From an uncultured delta proteobacterium (lineage in GTDB: Bacteria; Desulfobacterota; Desulfobaccia; Desulfobaccales; 0-14-0-80-60-11), in assembly GCA_963812015.1 (NCBI GenBank), contig CAWETI010000003.1, forward strand, positions 256,001 through 320,000: a DNA stretch of 64,000 bases. The letters run 5' to 3'. Shown one piece after another: positions 10,508-25,030 of this stretch. Made by a program: the position numbers and the translations under genes. Numbering within the stretch: position 1 is the stretch's first letter; every line of letters starts with the position of its first letter. The notes beneath the pieces were generated by a model. The model saw nothing but the letters and a program-made list of their open reading frames with translations, ran no database searches and was not told the DNA's origin.

Positions 10508-10738
10508 TCAATGAGCAATTTTGCCGTGGCGGCGCCAGGGGTTGTGGGTCGGAATCCGTACCAGGGTCCCGGCCTCCTTGCTCCGGAGGGCAGAGTTCCC
10601 CCCGGTCTTGATAGCCCCTAAAGATCCGGTGGATGGTCTCGGTCCCACCCCCAACGGCGCCGCGGCCCTGCCCATGCCCAGGGAGGCCCCGGTGATGATC
10701 AAGGCTCTGCCGCTCAGTTCGGCTCTTTTGCCGCCCAA
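10508..10738 (-). pseudogene. Internally deleted SDR remnant
   Basis: SDR N-terminal ALIITGASLGMGRA joined almost directly to sequence resembling an SDR C-terminus (IHRIFRGYQDRGEL..PE in another frame); catalytic core missing. Confidence 0.55.
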
Positions 10739-10992
10739 CGTTAATCATTGCCGTCGCAATCCGGTTATGTGCAAAATAATTATTCGAGGCGGATTAGCCA
10801 GGGGGGGGATTGAAAAAGTTCGCAGGAAAAAATAGAGCGCCGAGCGTCAAAATCACGACACTATTTGCCAAAAATTCCGACGGACCCTAGTAACGACAAA
10901 TCACTTTTTTCGTTTTTTTCGTTAATAACCTCCGACATATTTTCGTATACGTTAATTAAAAGCTATCAGCCATCTATGGTTATGAAAAGTTC

Positions 10993-12111
10993 TCACGTAT
11001 CCAACACATAACACTTGCCCGGCAGTTCCTTCACCAGGCCCTGGAGTTCCAGGAGGGTGAGGCGGGCCAGCACGTCCTTGACGGGGAGGCGGGCGGTTTG
11101 GACCAACTCCTCCAACTGTACCGGCTCCGAGCCCAAGAGTGGCAGCAGGGGGTCCTCCGGCGCCGGCCGGAGGGGGCCGGGGGCTTCCGCTACCCGGCCG
11201 GCGGGGGCGGCCGGGGCGAGCCCGGGACCGGGAGCCAGGCGCAGGGCGGGCAACTCCTGGAGGATATCTTCCACGTCCTGGACCAGCTTGGCCCCCTCCT
11301 GGATGAGGCGGTGCGGCCCCAGGCTGGTGGGGGAGTCGATGGGGCCGGGCACCGCAAAGACCTCCCGGCCCTGGTCCAGGGCATAGCGCACCGTGATGGC
11401 GGTGCCGCTGGTGGACCCCGCTTCGATCACCACCACCCCCAAAGCCAGGCCGCTGATGATGCGGTTGCGGATGGGGAAATTCTTGGCATCCGGGGGGGTG
11501 CCCAGGGGAAACTCGCTGACCAGGGCCCCCCGGGCCGGGATTTCCTGGTAAAGTTGGCGGTTTTCCGGCGGGTAGACCACGTCCAGGCCGCAGCCCAAGA
11601 CCGCCAGGGTGCGGCCGCTCATCTCCAAAGCCCCCTGGTGGGCGGCGGTATCGATGCCCCGGGCCAGGCCGCTCACCACCGTCACGCCCCGGGCAGCCAG
11701 GGCCCCGGCCAGGCGGCGGCCGGCCTTGAGCCCGTAATAAGAAGCCCCCCGGGTCCCCACGATGGCCACCGCCAGGCTGTCTTCCGGCGCCAGCGTCCCC
11801 TTGATAAAGAGAAAGGGCGGCGGATAGGGGATCTCCTGGAGCCGGAGGGGGAAGCGGGGATCATCCCGGGTGACCATCTCGGCCCCCAGGGCCGTGAGCC
11901 GGGCCAGCCGCTCCTCCAGCTTATCCCAATCCCGGAAGGTGAGGATGGCCTGGGCCAGGGCGGGAGTGATGCCCTTGACGGCCACCAGGTCCTTAAACGA
12001 GGCTGTAAAGACGGCGGCGGGGCCGCCGAACCGCTGCACCAGGCGCTGGCCCAACACCAGCCCCACCCCGGGGATACTCCGGAGGCCCAGCCAGGGGAGT
12101 TTGTCGGTCAT
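10993..12111 (-). CDS. dprA: DNA-protecting protein DprA/Smf
   Basis: VAIVGTR, VVSGLARGID, FPIRNRIISGL and GREVFAVPG; GGAAGG RBS before ATG 12111. Confidence 0.95.
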   Translation of the reverse strand: MTDKLPWLGLRSIPGVGLVLGQRLVQRFGGPAAVFTASFKDLVAVKGITPALAQAILTFRDWDKLEERLARLTALGAEMVTRDDPRFPLRLQEIPYPPPFLFIKGTLAPEDSLAVAIVGTRGASYYGLKAGRRLAGALAARGVTVVSGLARGIDTAAHQGALEMSGRTLAVLGCGLDVVYPPENRQLYQEIPARGALVSEFPLGTPPDAKNFPIRNRIISGLALGVVVIEAGSTSGTAITVRYALDQGREVFAVPGPIDSPTSLGPHRLIQEGAKLVQDVEDILQELPALRLAPGPGLAPAAPAGRVAEAPGPLRPAPEDPLLPLLGSEPVQLEELVQTARLPVKDVLARLTLLELQGLVKELPGKCYVLDT

Positions 12112-12539
12112 GGCACCTTCCCGTTCAGGATGTCGGCGCCCATGGCGGTGGTTCGCCATGAACCCGCCACGTGAGCATGCTTGATCTCTTGAGGTCAGGT
12201 TGAGCTGAAAGTATGGTTCCGGTTCTAATCGATTTAGGGCTTGAGCACAAGGAAAAAGCCGGTGATGCTCAGCAAAATTTAGGGAGACAGACTCCCCTGC
12301 CGATTTACCATGATCTGCAGGGCCGCAGGTTTGCCGATGGTCGAGTATGGCGAAATTGTCCTAAACAGTGGAATATTAAAGAACCATATACTATCATGCT
12401 GACCAGTTGTAGTTTCCCTGCGGGGAGAGGTGGCTTTTGGGGTTCAACCCGGGAGCAGAGGCTTCGGATACGCTTTGGGCGGGTGAAACTCGGGCTTCCG
12501 GATAATCATGGATTAAATCAATGAGTTGAAGGAATAATT

Positions 12540-14723
12540 ATGTCCGTTGAGGAAGGCCGTACTCTGGGCCGGGATGATTGGGGGCCCGCCAACCCCACCT
12601 GGGCCATTTTTCTGGTGAGCGTCTTGGGGTTGTTTCTGGAAATGCTGCTCATTCGCTGGATTTCCACGGAAATTCGGATATTCGCCTACTTACAGAACAC
12701 GGTGTTGGTGGTCTGCTTCCTGGGTTTGGGTTTGGGTTGCTTTACCAGTCGCCAGCCCATAGTCATGCGGAAGCTTCTCATCCCCTTGTTATTTTTGGTC
12801 ACGATCATGGCTATCCCCATAACGCGCCAAGAGGTCGGGAACATCAGCGAAATGTTGAGCGGTATTGGGGACTATGTGATCTGGTACCAGGCGGCCAGCA
12901 CCAGTTTGGGCAAGATAGTGGTGGGGTCGCTCCTTACCTTGTTGCTCATGGTTCTGCTCCTGGAAATGTTTATACCCTTGGGCCGCCTCTTGGGGCGTTT
13001 ACTGGATGAGCATCCCCGTATTATCTGGGCGTATTCGGTCAATATCGGCGGCAGCTTTGTCGGTACCTGGCTGTTTGTGTTGTTGAGTATCCTGTATCAG
13101 CCTCCGGTAATCTGGTTTGGGGTAATGGCGTGCCTTCTGCTCTATTTCATAGTCAAAAGCCGCCGATGGAAACTTGATACCGCCCTGCTGATCGCCATAG
13201 TGATTATTTCCTGGGCCACCTACGAACCCGCCCTGAAAATCCTGTGGTCCCCCTACCAAAAGTTGGTGGTCACAAAGACCAAGGATGGAGCCAACAAGCA
13301 GATTCTCGTCAACAATGTCGGCTATCAGGTCATGTTGGATTTAAAAAATCCTCCGGTGCAAACCCGCCCAGACCGGTTTCCTCCCGAAATGCTGGGCCTG
13401 AGCCAGTACGATATCCCGTTGCTGGTCCATCCCCATCCCCAGAGCATTCTCATTGTGGGCGCGGGTTCCGGCAATGATGCGGCGGGGGCGCTCCGCAATG
13501 GAGTGCGCCGGATTACGGCGGTGGAGATTGATCCGGCCATCATTGCCCTGGGGCGTCGATATCATCCCGAAAAGCCCTACGACTCTCCCTCGGTTAACCT
13601 GGTCAATGACGATGCCCGTTCCTTTTTTGCCACTTCCAAGGATAGGTACGATGTCATTTCCTTCGGTCTCTTAGATTCACATACGACCACCGCCATGACC
13701 AATGCCCGCCTGGACCATTATGTCTACACCCAGGAGAGTATTGTCCGGGCCAAATCCCTGTTGGCTCCCGGCGGCATTATGGTCTTGAGCTTCGAGGCCC
13801 AAAAAGAGTTTATTGCTGATCGCATGGCCGGCGTCCTGCGGGAGGTCTTCGGTGGGGAACCGATTTGTTTCCGCATACCCGATACGGGCTATGGCTGGGG
13901 CGGGGTGCTCTTCATAACGGGGGACCTGGAGGCGGCGAAAAGCCAGATCGCCCAAAATGAGAGATTGTCGGCCTTCATACAAGCCTGTCAGGCAAAAGAG
14001 CCGGTGCCCCTGACCTATACCACGAAGATCACCACGGATGACTGGCCTTACATCTATCTCCGCAGCCCCGGCATTCCCCTCCTGTATTTTATGCTGGCCG
14101 GGTTGATGGTCCTGTTGGTGATTCGCTGTCGGAGTTACCTCAATCTCGGCCAGCTTATCCGGGCCTGGGATCGTTCTCACTGGCATTTCTTCTTCCTGGG
14201 CGCCGCTTTCCTGTTGCTGGAGGTGCAAAATATCAGCAAAGCCGCGGTGGTGCTGGGTAATACCTGGGACGTCAATGCCGTGATCATCTCCGGGGTCCTG
14301 ACGATGATTCTGCTGGCCAATCTGGTGGCGGCGCGTTTCCCCCACCTGCCCCTGAAAGCCACGTATATCGCCCTGGTCGCCACCTGCCTGCTCCTCTATT
14401 TTGTGGACCTCTCACGGTTTGCCTTTTTACCGTATGCCACCAAGGCGGTAATCATCGGCGCCCTCACCACCTTGCCCATGCTCTTCAGCGGCATCGTGTT
14501 CATCCGCTCCTTTGCGGTAGTGGCCGGGAGAGACGTGGCCTTGGGGGCCAATTTAATCGGCGCCCTGGTGGGCGCTCTGCTCCAATCCGTCACGTTTGTC
14601 ACCGGCATTAAAGCCCTGTTGCTCATGGTGGCCGGGCTCTATCTCCTCTCCATGCTGACCCGGCCCAAAGTTTTGGAGCTGGAGCAGGCGCCGGCCCGGG
14701 AACCTGTCCCAACGGTTCCGTAA
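12540..14723 (+). CDS. Membrane-embedded spermidine synthase-like / class I SAM-dependent methyltransferase fusion
   Basis: N- and C-terminal TM blocks around ILIVGAGSGND, VEIDP, DDARSF and TTDDWPY. Confidence 0.8.
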   Translation: MSVEEGRTLGRDDWGPANPTWAIFLVSVLGLFLEMLLIRWISTEIRIFAYLQNTVLVVCFLGLGLGCFTSRQPIVMRKLLIPLLFLVTIMAIPITRQEVGNISEMLSGIGDYVIWYQAASTSLGKIVVGSLLTLLLMVLLLEMFIPLGRLLGRLLDEHPRIIWAYSVNIGGSFVGTWLFVLLSILYQPPVIWFGVMACLLLYFIVKSRRWKLDTALLIAIVIISWATYEPALKILWSPYQKLVVTKTKDGANKQILVNNVGYQVMLDLKNPPVQTRPDRFPPEMLGLSQYDIPLLVHPHPQSILIVGAGSGNDAAGALRNGVRRITAVEIDPAIIALGRRYHPEKPYDSPSVNLVNDDARSFFATSKDRYDVISFGLLDSHTTTAMTNARLDHYVYTQESIVRAKSLLAPGGIMVLSFEAQKEFIADRMAGVLREVFGGEPICFRIPDTGYGWGGVLFITGDLEAAKSQIAQNERLSAFIQACQAKEPVPLTYTTKITTDDWPYIYLRSPGIPLLYFMLAGLMVLLVIRCRSYLNLGQLIRAWDRSHWHFFFLGAAFLLLEVQNISKAAVVLGNTWDVNAVIISGVLTMILLANLVAARFPHLPLKATYIALVATCLLLYFVDLSRFAFLPYATKAVIIGALTTLPMLFSGIVFIRSFAVVAGRDVALGANLIGALVGALLQSVTFVTGIKALLLMVAGLYLLSMLTRPKVLELEQAPAREPVPTVP

Positions 14724-14807
14724 ACCTTACCGAGATACTTTGTTTGCGGCTAGTGTCATGTCCCGGGAGTATCTTGCAATTGCCGACTTCCATTCCCGGA
14801 GGCTGTT

Positions 14808-14832
14808 GTAGGGGCGGTTCGCGAACCGCCCC
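14808..14832. repeat. REP-like hairpin (GTAG class)
   Basis: GTAGGGGCGGTTCGCGAACCGCCCC. Confidence 0.7.
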
Positions 14833-15001
14833 GACGAAAATCTCCCAAACAAGGGGAAATTTTTTTGAAAGATATATCTGGGACGCAACACGAGAGTTAT
14901 TTTTTAAGAGAAGCGAGGGTCTTTCGGACAACCGGTATCGGGTGAAGTGAGGGGCGGATGCGGTGTGGTTTTGGCAGGCAACTGCACCGGCGAGATTGCC
15001 T

Positions 15002-17227
15002 CTAGGGCTGACCTTCTTTGGCCTCTAAGCGGGCCTCGATGCGCCGGGCCAGGGGGATCAACTCCTCCAGGCGCTGGCGGCGTTTGGCGCGCTCTGCCTC
15101 CGCCAGATGCATGGCTTCCGCCGCGCCTTTGAGGCTGCCCAGGAGGGACCTCAGGGTATCGTCCAGGCTGGCTTCCTGCTGTTTCAACCATTGGTCCACC
15201 AGGGGGAAGAAGTACTGGAACTTCAGGCCCTCCCGGTAATTGAGGAGCTGGGCCGCCACCTCTTCCTGGAGCCAATTCTTGAGGGCGGCCAGGGCCCGCT
15301 CCAGGTCCCGGAGGAGTTGTTGGCGGGGGTCGACTTTCCCGGCCCGGCCCAGGCGGCGCTTAACGGCGTCCCAGGCCCGGCCCAAAAACCCCATGCCGGA
15401 ACGCACCCACACCTCCCGGGCAAAGCGCCAGTCGGGGGCCACCTCCAGGTTCAGGAGGGGCACCTCCAGGCCCTGGGGCCGGTGGCTGGCCGCGGCTTTT
15501 AGGGTGGGGGCCACAGCCGGCAGGCCCAGGTCCGCAATCTCCCGGTAATAGAGCGTCAGGGATTCCTGGAGGGTCAGGAACAGCGGCTGCCACAAGTGGT
15601 CCAGTTCCTGGCGCAGCCACTCTTCCTGCCCCCGGATGAATTCCACCAGGGCGATGTTGACCTCGGCGGTGACATGGTGGGCCGATGCCTTGGCAAAGTC
15701 CTGAAATAGTTGATAAAGGGCCGGGCGAAAGGCGGGCGCCCCTCCCGGCGGCGCCAGCTGGTCCCAGTCCGGGGCAAAATTCCGAATAAATTCGTAGAGG
15801 TCTTTCCCCACCTGGCCGGAATGCCGGTCCAGCAGGCTGTCCACCCGGGAGTGCAGGACCTTTTTCAGGCGGTTGCCGGCGCCCTCCAGGGTCTGGCTCA
15901 CCGTGGCCATGGTGGCGTGCAATGGCTGACGCCGGGCCTCCAGGCGGGTTTCCAACTCCTTGATGGCGCTAAGCCCCCGAGTCAGGAGATCGGCGGTGAG
16001 TTCCAACTGCTCCCTCAGACCCCGGGCCACCATCTTCACCTGGGCCAGGCTCCCCCCGGCCAGGCGGCGGGTCCGCAGGTCTCCCAGGGCGGCCTTCAGG
16101 TCGTGCTCGAACCGGGCCGCTTCCGCATCGGAAAAGGCGGCGGAGTCCGGATTCGTGGCCCACACCTTGAGGACCGCGGCCTCCCGGGGGTCCAGACTCT
16201 CGCCCCGGGCCTGTCGGCGGTCCAGGAGCAGCTTCAGGGCGGAAAAGGCATAGATCCGGGGGTCCGGCCCCCAGGAGGACAGCTCCTGGGCCACCCGGTC
16301 CCTGATCTTGATCACCTCCGCATAGGAGGTGTGCTCCCCCAGGTCCAGGTTGAGGAGGGCCAGGATATGGGGCATCAGCCCCATTCTCTTCAACTCCGCC
16401 AGAAACTGGAAGTCCGCCTGGCGCAGCCCCACCCGGGAGCTGACGACATAGAGCACCAGGTCGCTCTTGATGAGATACGCCAGGACTTGGGAAAGGTGTT
16501 GGGGGAAGGGTGAATCGCTCCCCTGGCAGTCCCCCAACTCCACCCCCTCCGCCCCCCAGGGAAAAGGGATGGTGAGGAGCACGTCCTTGAGGTAGACCGC
16601 GGTGGCCTCCCCGGTGACCAAGTCCCGGTGGCGGGCCAGATCCGGGCCGGCCAGGGGCAGCAACCCGGTGGCGGGCATGAGGTCCTTGAGAAGATCGTAA
16701 CCCTCCAGGTAGGACCTGAGGAGCAGGTAGTTCTGATCCAGGCTGCCTCCGGTCCAGAGATCGGCCTCCTGGGCCTCGGCCAGGACCTGGGCCAGGAGTT
16801 CCCGGTCCGGGGCCTCCTTCAGGTCCAGGGGGGTGGCCCGGTCCACCAGGCGGGGGTTGGGTAAGAGCCCCAGGGCCCGGTTGATCTCCCCGTTGATTTC
16901 CTCCCAGCCTTTGAACCTGAGCTCCGCCCGGGGTTCCGGGCCGGGCTGGACCCGGGTGATCATGGCCGTGAGAATCCCGGCGCCCCGGCGCAACAGGTCT
17001 TGGCCCACCAGGGCGTTGATCATGGTGCTCTTGCCGGACTTGACCGTCCCCACCACCGCCAGGCGGCAGCTATCCTCCGCCGCATGGGCCTCTACCTGGG
17101 ACAGCACCTTCTGCCAGTGCTGGCCCTGGACCGCGGCCTGGGGAAAGAGACCGGTCCATTCCCGGGCCATTTCCTCCAGGCGGCCGATCTCCTCCCTGAA
17201 GGCCTGGTGGGCTTGGGTCTCCGGCAT
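15002..17227 (-). CDS. Bacterial dynamin-like GTPase
   Basis: LAVVGTVKSGKSTMINALVG P-loop, G2 Thr (ILTA) and long helical/coiled-coil C-terminus. Confidence 0.8.
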   Translation of the reverse strand: MPETQAHQAFREEIGRLEEMAREWTGLFPQAAVQGQHWQKVLSQVEAHAAEDSCRLAVVGTVKSGKSTMINALVGQDLLRRGAGILTAMITRVQPGPEPRAELRFKGWEEINGEINRALGLLPNPRLVDRATPLDLKEAPDRELLAQVLAEAQEADLWTGGSLDQNYLLLRSYLEGYDLLKDLMPATGLLPLAGPDLARHRDLVTGEATAVYLKDVLLTIPFPWGAEGVELGDCQGSDSPFPQHLSQVLAYLIKSDLVLYVVSSRVGLRQADFQFLAELKRMGLMPHILALLNLDLGEHTSYAEVIKIRDRVAQELSSWGPDPRIYAFSALKLLLDRRQARGESLDPREAAVLKVWATNPDSAAFSDAEAARFEHDLKAALGDLRTRRLAGGSLAQVKMVARGLREQLELTADLLTRGLSAIKELETRLEARRQPLHATMATVSQTLEGAGNRLKKVLHSRVDSLLDRHSGQVGKDLYEFIRNFAPDWDQLAPPGGAPAFRPALYQLFQDFAKASAHHVTAEVNIALVEFIRGQEEWLRQELDHLWQPLFLTLQESLTLYYREIADLGLPAVAPTLKAAASHRPQGLEVPLLNLEVAPDWRFAREVWVRSGMGFLGRAWDAVKRRLGRAGKVDPRQQLLRDLERALAALKNWLQEEVAAQLLNYREGLKFQYFFPLVDQWLKQQEASLDDTLRSLLGSLKGAAEAMHLAEAERAKRRQRLEELIPLARRIEARLEAKEGQP

Positions 17228-17271
17228 GCTAAGGTTCCTGGGTGATACGGGTGAAGTGCATTAACGCCGGC

Positions 17272-18801
<1,530 letters not shown>

Positions 18802-18816
18802 CCCGTAAGTTTTAAG

Positions 18817-19866
18817 TTATAAAATCAACATACAATCGCCATAACTATAAAACCGATAACCTTTTTTCACCGCCGCCGCATAGGCCCCCAAGATCAGCTC
18901 CCGGCTGGCGAAGGCGCTCACCAGGAGCAGCAGCGTGGATTTGGGCAGGTGAAAGTTGGTGAGCATCCGTTCCACGGCCTTGAATTGATACCCGGGATAG
19001 ATAAAGAGGTCGCACCAGCCCTGCTGGGCCGTGAAACCCTGGGGCGAGGCGCAGGCCTCCAGCACCCGGACGCTGGTGGTGCCCACCGCCACCAGGCGTT
19101 TTCCGGCCGCCCGGGCCGCGTTGAGGCGGGCGGCCGCGGCTTCGGATAAGGCAAAATATTCCGGCAGCATCCGGTGCCGGGTATAGTCCTCCACGCGCAC
19201 CGGCATGAACGTCCCCGGCCCCACGTGGAGGGTGAGGCGCACGATTTCGACCCCCCGCCGGGCCAGGTCTTGTAACGCCGTCTCGGTGAAGTGGAGCCCG
19301 GCGGTGGGACAGGCCACGGCCCCGGCCTGGGCGGCAAAGACCGTCTGGTAGGTGTCCCGGTCAGCCGCCGCCGCAGCGCGGTGGATATATGGCGGCAGGG
19401 GCACTTTCCCCGTCCCCAGCACCGCCCCTACCACATCGCCGCCGGGGGCGCTGAAGCGTACTTCCGCCACCCCAGGTTGAGGCAGGGCGACGATTTCCGC
19501 GGCCAGGTCCGCCCCGAAATTCAGGATTTGGCCGATCTTCAAATGCCCCCGGTGCGTGGCCCGGGCCCGGGCCGCCTGGGGGACGGCGCCGTTGCCCTCG
19601 GGCTCCGGCAGGTGGTGGAGCAGGAGTTCCACCTTGCCGCCGCTGTCTTTATGGCCCGAAAGGCGGGCCGGGAAGACCCGGGTGTCGTTGACCACCAAAA
19701 CGTCGTTTTCATCCAGGCAGGCGGGCAGCTCCTTAAAGTCGGCATGGCGGATCTCGCCCCCGTCCCGCCGGAGCACCAGGAGTCGGGACGCGTCCCGCCG
19801 GGCCAGGGGGTATTGGGCCACCAGCTCCGGCGGCAGACAGTAATCGTAATCCTCGATCCGCGGCAT
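18817..19866 (-). CDS. queA: S-adenosylmethionine:tRNA ribosyltransferase-isomerase
   Basis: VNDTRVFPARL, PLPPYI, PTAGLHF, TNFHLPKSTL and YRFYSYGDCM. Confidence 0.96.
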   Translation of the reverse strand: MPRIEDYDYCLPPELVAQYPLARRDASRLLVLRRDGGEIRHADFKELPACLDENDVLVVNDTRVFPARLSGHKDSGGKVELLLHHLPEPEGNGAVPQAARARATHRGHLKIGQILNFGADLAAEIVALPQPGVAEVRFSAPGGDVVGAVLGTGKVPLPPYIHRAAAAADRDTYQTVFAAQAGAVACPTAGLHFTETALQDLARRGVEIVRLTLHVGPGTFMPVRVEDYTRHRMLPEYFALSEAAAARLNAARAAGKRLVAVGTTSVRVLEACASPQGFTAQQGWCDLFIYPGYQFKAVERMLTNFHLPKSTLLLLVSAFASRELILGAYAAAVKKGYRFYSYGDCMLIL

Positions 19867-19937
19867 GTCAGGGCTACCTGGAATTATTACCCGGAGCAGC
19901 AAATGGGTTGCACCAGGTTTTTATAACCTGAATGAAT

Positions 19938-20027
19938 ATCCCCCTAAATCCCTCTTTTTCAAAGGGGGACTTTCTAAGCGATTCCGCAAAATCCCCCCGT
20001 TTGACAAAGGGGGGATAGGGGGGATTT
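19938..20027. repeat. Short dispersed palindromic repeat (family B, CCCCCTAAATCCC..AAGGGGGACTT)
   Basis: Two hairpins; second copy at 36709-36803. Confidence 0.7.
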
Positions 20028-20175
20028 GTCTTAGGGTTCAGGTTTTAAGAGAAGTAATCTATATAAATGCTCCAATTAATAATCTCCAAGGCCGGGTCCG
20101 TCGCGGCGCCGCCGGGGAGACGGCGCAATTGACGGCGGGAGGCGCATTTGATAAGTTTAACCCAGCCATTTTTTC

Positions 20176-20868
20176 GTGCAAGGACCGAGACCTACCGTGA
20201 CCCTTAAAATAGTGCTGACGACCATGGCGTTGCTGGCCTGCCTCTGGCCGCTCTCGGCCACCGGGGAGATCACCCCGGAAGCCGTGATGACTCGGGTGCA
20301 GGCTCAATATGACAAAGCCGGGGGCTTCCAGGCCCGCTTTCTCCAGGATTCGCGCCTCAAGGCGGCCGGCGCCTCGGATTCCGCCGCCGGGTGGATGTAT
20401 TTTAAGAAACCGAGCCGCATGCGCTGGCAGTACGAGACCCCGCCGGAACAGAAAAAGGAGATCGTTTCCGACGGCCGGCTGGTGTGGATGTATATGCCCG
20501 CCGACAGCCTGGTCATGGTCTATAAGCTGGACCAGGTCATGCGCTCGGACCTGGTGATGCGGTTTTTTTCGGGGATGGGCCAATTCCAAAAAGACTTCAC
20601 CATCTCCTGGCAACGCCCGCCCCAACCGGGCGCCAGCTTCGTCATCGACCTGTTTCCCAAAAAAGAGCAGCCGGAGCTCAAGCGCCTCACCCTGACCATC
20701 AACCCGGACAGCTATCTGGTGGAGAAGCTGGATTTCACCAATGCCCTGGGAGAGGAGAGCCGTTTCACCTTTACCCAGGTGAAGCTGGAAGTCCCCTCGG
20801 GTCCCGACTTTTTCACCTTTAAGCCGCCCCCGGGGGTTCAGGTGGTTCGGGAGACTCCGGGCTCGTAA
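20176..20868 (+). CDS. lolA: Outer-membrane lipoprotein carrier LolA family
   Basis: Signal peptide; FQARFLQ, FKKPSRMRWQY, IVSDG and C-terminal FTFKPPPGV; start uncertain. Confidence 0.85.
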   Translation: MQGPRPTVTLKIVLTTMALLACLWPLSATGEITPEAVMTRVQAQYDKAGGFQARFLQDSRLKAAGASDSAAGWMYFKKPSRMRWQYETPPEQKKEIVSDGRLVWMYMPADSLVMVYKLDQVMRSDLVMRFFSGMGQFQKDFTISWQRPPQPGASFVIDLFPKKEQPELKRLTLTINPDSYLVEKLDFTNALGEESRFTFTQVKLEVPSGPDFFTFKPPPGVQVVRETPGS

Positions 20869-20970
20869 CCCGGCTGGATGGCTTAGGCCCTTGAAGGCGT
20901 CAGGCCTTGCGCCCCTCGGTGGCATTGATCTTACGTCCACCGCGGAAGTCTAGACTTCAAAAAGCGAACC

Positions 20971-21885
20971 ATGGAATATTCCGAATCGCAACAAGAGGTG
21001 CGGCGCTGGCTGGAACGGCGCCGGGGAATTCTCCTGGCCCACAACTACCAGCCGGGAGAAATTCAGGATGTGGCCGATTTTCTGGGGGACTCCCTGGCCT
21101 TATCCATGACCGCGGCCAAGACCCCGGCTGAGGTCATCGTGTTTTGCGGGGTCCATTTCATGGCGGAGACCGCGGCCATCCTGTGCCCGGACAAGACGGT
21201 CCTCCTGCCCCGGCAAGATGTGGGCTGCTACATGGCCGCCACCATCACCCCGGAGCAGCTTAAGGCCCGAAAAGCCGAGCTTCCCGGGGTGCCGGTGGTC
21301 ACGTATGTTAATTCCACCGCCGCGGTCAAAGCCGAGAGCGATATTTGCTGCACGTCGGCCAATGCCATCCAGGTTGTCAATTCTTTGACAGCCTCCCGGG
21401 TCTTGATGGTCCCGGACCGCAACCTGGCCCTCTATACGGCCCGGCGCACCACCAAGGAAGTGCTCTACTGGGAGGGTTGCTGCAACGTTCACGACGCCCT
21501 GACCTCCGCCGAAGTCCAGGCCTGCCGGGCCACGCATCCCAACGCGGTCTTTTTGGCCCATCCCGAATGCCGTCCCGAGGTCCTGGAACTGGCCGAGGCG
21601 ATCCGCAGCACCAGCGGCATCCTCGAGTACGTGCGCCGGTCAGAGGCCCGGGAATTCATCATCGGCACGGAAATGGGCATTCTCCATACCTTGCGGAAAG
21701 AAAACCCGGATAAACTTTTTTATTCCCCTTCCTCCCGCCTCGTCTGCCCGGATATGAAGCGCATCACTTTGGCGGACGTCATTGCCGCCCTCAAGGACAA
21801 CCGCTACCAGGTCACCGTGCCGGAGGAAGTCCGCCGGCCCGCCTTGCTGGCGGTGGAGCGCATGCTGGCCGTCCCCCGGGATTAG
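20971..21885 (+). CDS. nadA: Quinolinate synthase
   Basis: LAHNYQ, FCGVHFMAET, YVNS, CCTSANA, AHPEC and CPDMK. Confidence 0.96.
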   Translation: MEYSESQQEVRRWLERRRGILLAHNYQPGEIQDVADFLGDSLALSMTAAKTPAEVIVFCGVHFMAETAAILCPDKTVLLPRQDVGCYMAATITPEQLKARKAELPGVPVVTYVNSTAAVKAESDICCTSANAIQVVNSLTASRVLMVPDRNLALYTARRTTKEVLYWEGCCNVHDALTSAEVQACRATHPNAVFLAHPECRPEVLELAEAIRSTSGILEYVRRSEAREFIIGTEMGILHTLRKENPDKLFYSPSSRLVCPDMKRITLADVIAALKDNRYQVTVPEEVRRPALLAVERMLAVPRD

Positions 21886-22031
21886 CGGTTATTCCGGCGG
21901 TGAGGCGCTCTGCTCTGCCCCCGCACCCCTTTGCCCTCCTCCGGCCGGGAAAGTCTCGCCTTGCTGACCAATTGGCCCGTTTCTTGCTCATTAGCCAATC
22001 AATTACTCGCGCCCAACCGGGAAGCATTGGC

Positions 22032-22304
22032 ATGCACAGGCAAGAGGCGGGATTGTCTCCCTACTACGATAACCTCAGGCATTTCCTCCATGATCTGGCC
22101 CAGCCCCTGTCCACCGTCGCCGGCCTGGTGGATCTTTTGCTGCTGGAGCTGGATGAACGGGACAAGGTATTCCAGGAAATTCAGTTGATCAGCCAGCAAC
22201 TGGAGAAGGCGATGCAGATTATCGGCGAGATTCGCCGGCTCGCCCAGGAGGCCGCCGAACATGAGACGAGAACCCTAAACTCTCCCCAGGCCCCCCTGTC
22301 TTGA
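22032..22304 (+). CDS. Stand-alone histidine-kinase dimerisation/phosphoacceptor (HisKA/DHp)-like protein
   Basis: H-box-like FLHDLAQPLSTVAG followed by an amphipathic second helix; no ATPase domain. Confidence 0.65.
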   Translation: MHRQEAGLSPYYDNLRHFLHDLAQPLSTVAGLVDLLLLELDERDKVFQEIQLISQQLEKAMQIIGEIRRLAQEAAEHETRTLNSPQAPLS

Positions 22305-22423
22305 AGTTCTTGTAGGCTGACCTGGCTCCGGCCGGTCTCTTAAATTAGAGCAATTGCCAAAAGTTCTTTCCACTTATCCCCTCTCCCCTTCACCATGGCT
22401 TCCGGCCCCGGAGCCTTTGGCCC

Positions 22424-22452
22424 TTGCTAATCCCGCCAAAACTCCCTATCAT
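22424..22452 (+). promoter_or_regulatory. Sigma70-type promoter upstream of ligA
   Basis: TTGCTA-N17-TATCAT. Confidence 0.55.
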
Positions 22453-22492
22453 GGTAACCATGGGACCAGCGGCACGGGTTCCGGCCGGGTAA

Positions 22493-24936
<2,444 letters not shown>

Positions 24937-24967
24937 AGGGAGATGAATGAGAAGTGGAGGAACCGGC

Positions 24968-25009
24968 TTGACAGTCAACCTCTATCAACTATAATGGTCA
25001 TATCAGCCA
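24968..25009 (+). promoter_or_regulatory. Sigma70 promoter with imperfect operator palindrome for the toxin-antitoxin operon
   Basis: TTGACA-N16-TATAAT, overlapped by ATGGTCATATCAGCCAT. Confidence 0.65.
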
Positions 25010-25030
25010 TAACAATTAAACGAGAAGGCG

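Noticed and set aside
12213..12524. 103-aa ORF between dprA and the methyltransferase gene
   Set aside because: No recognisable motif or RBS; likely a divergent promoter region
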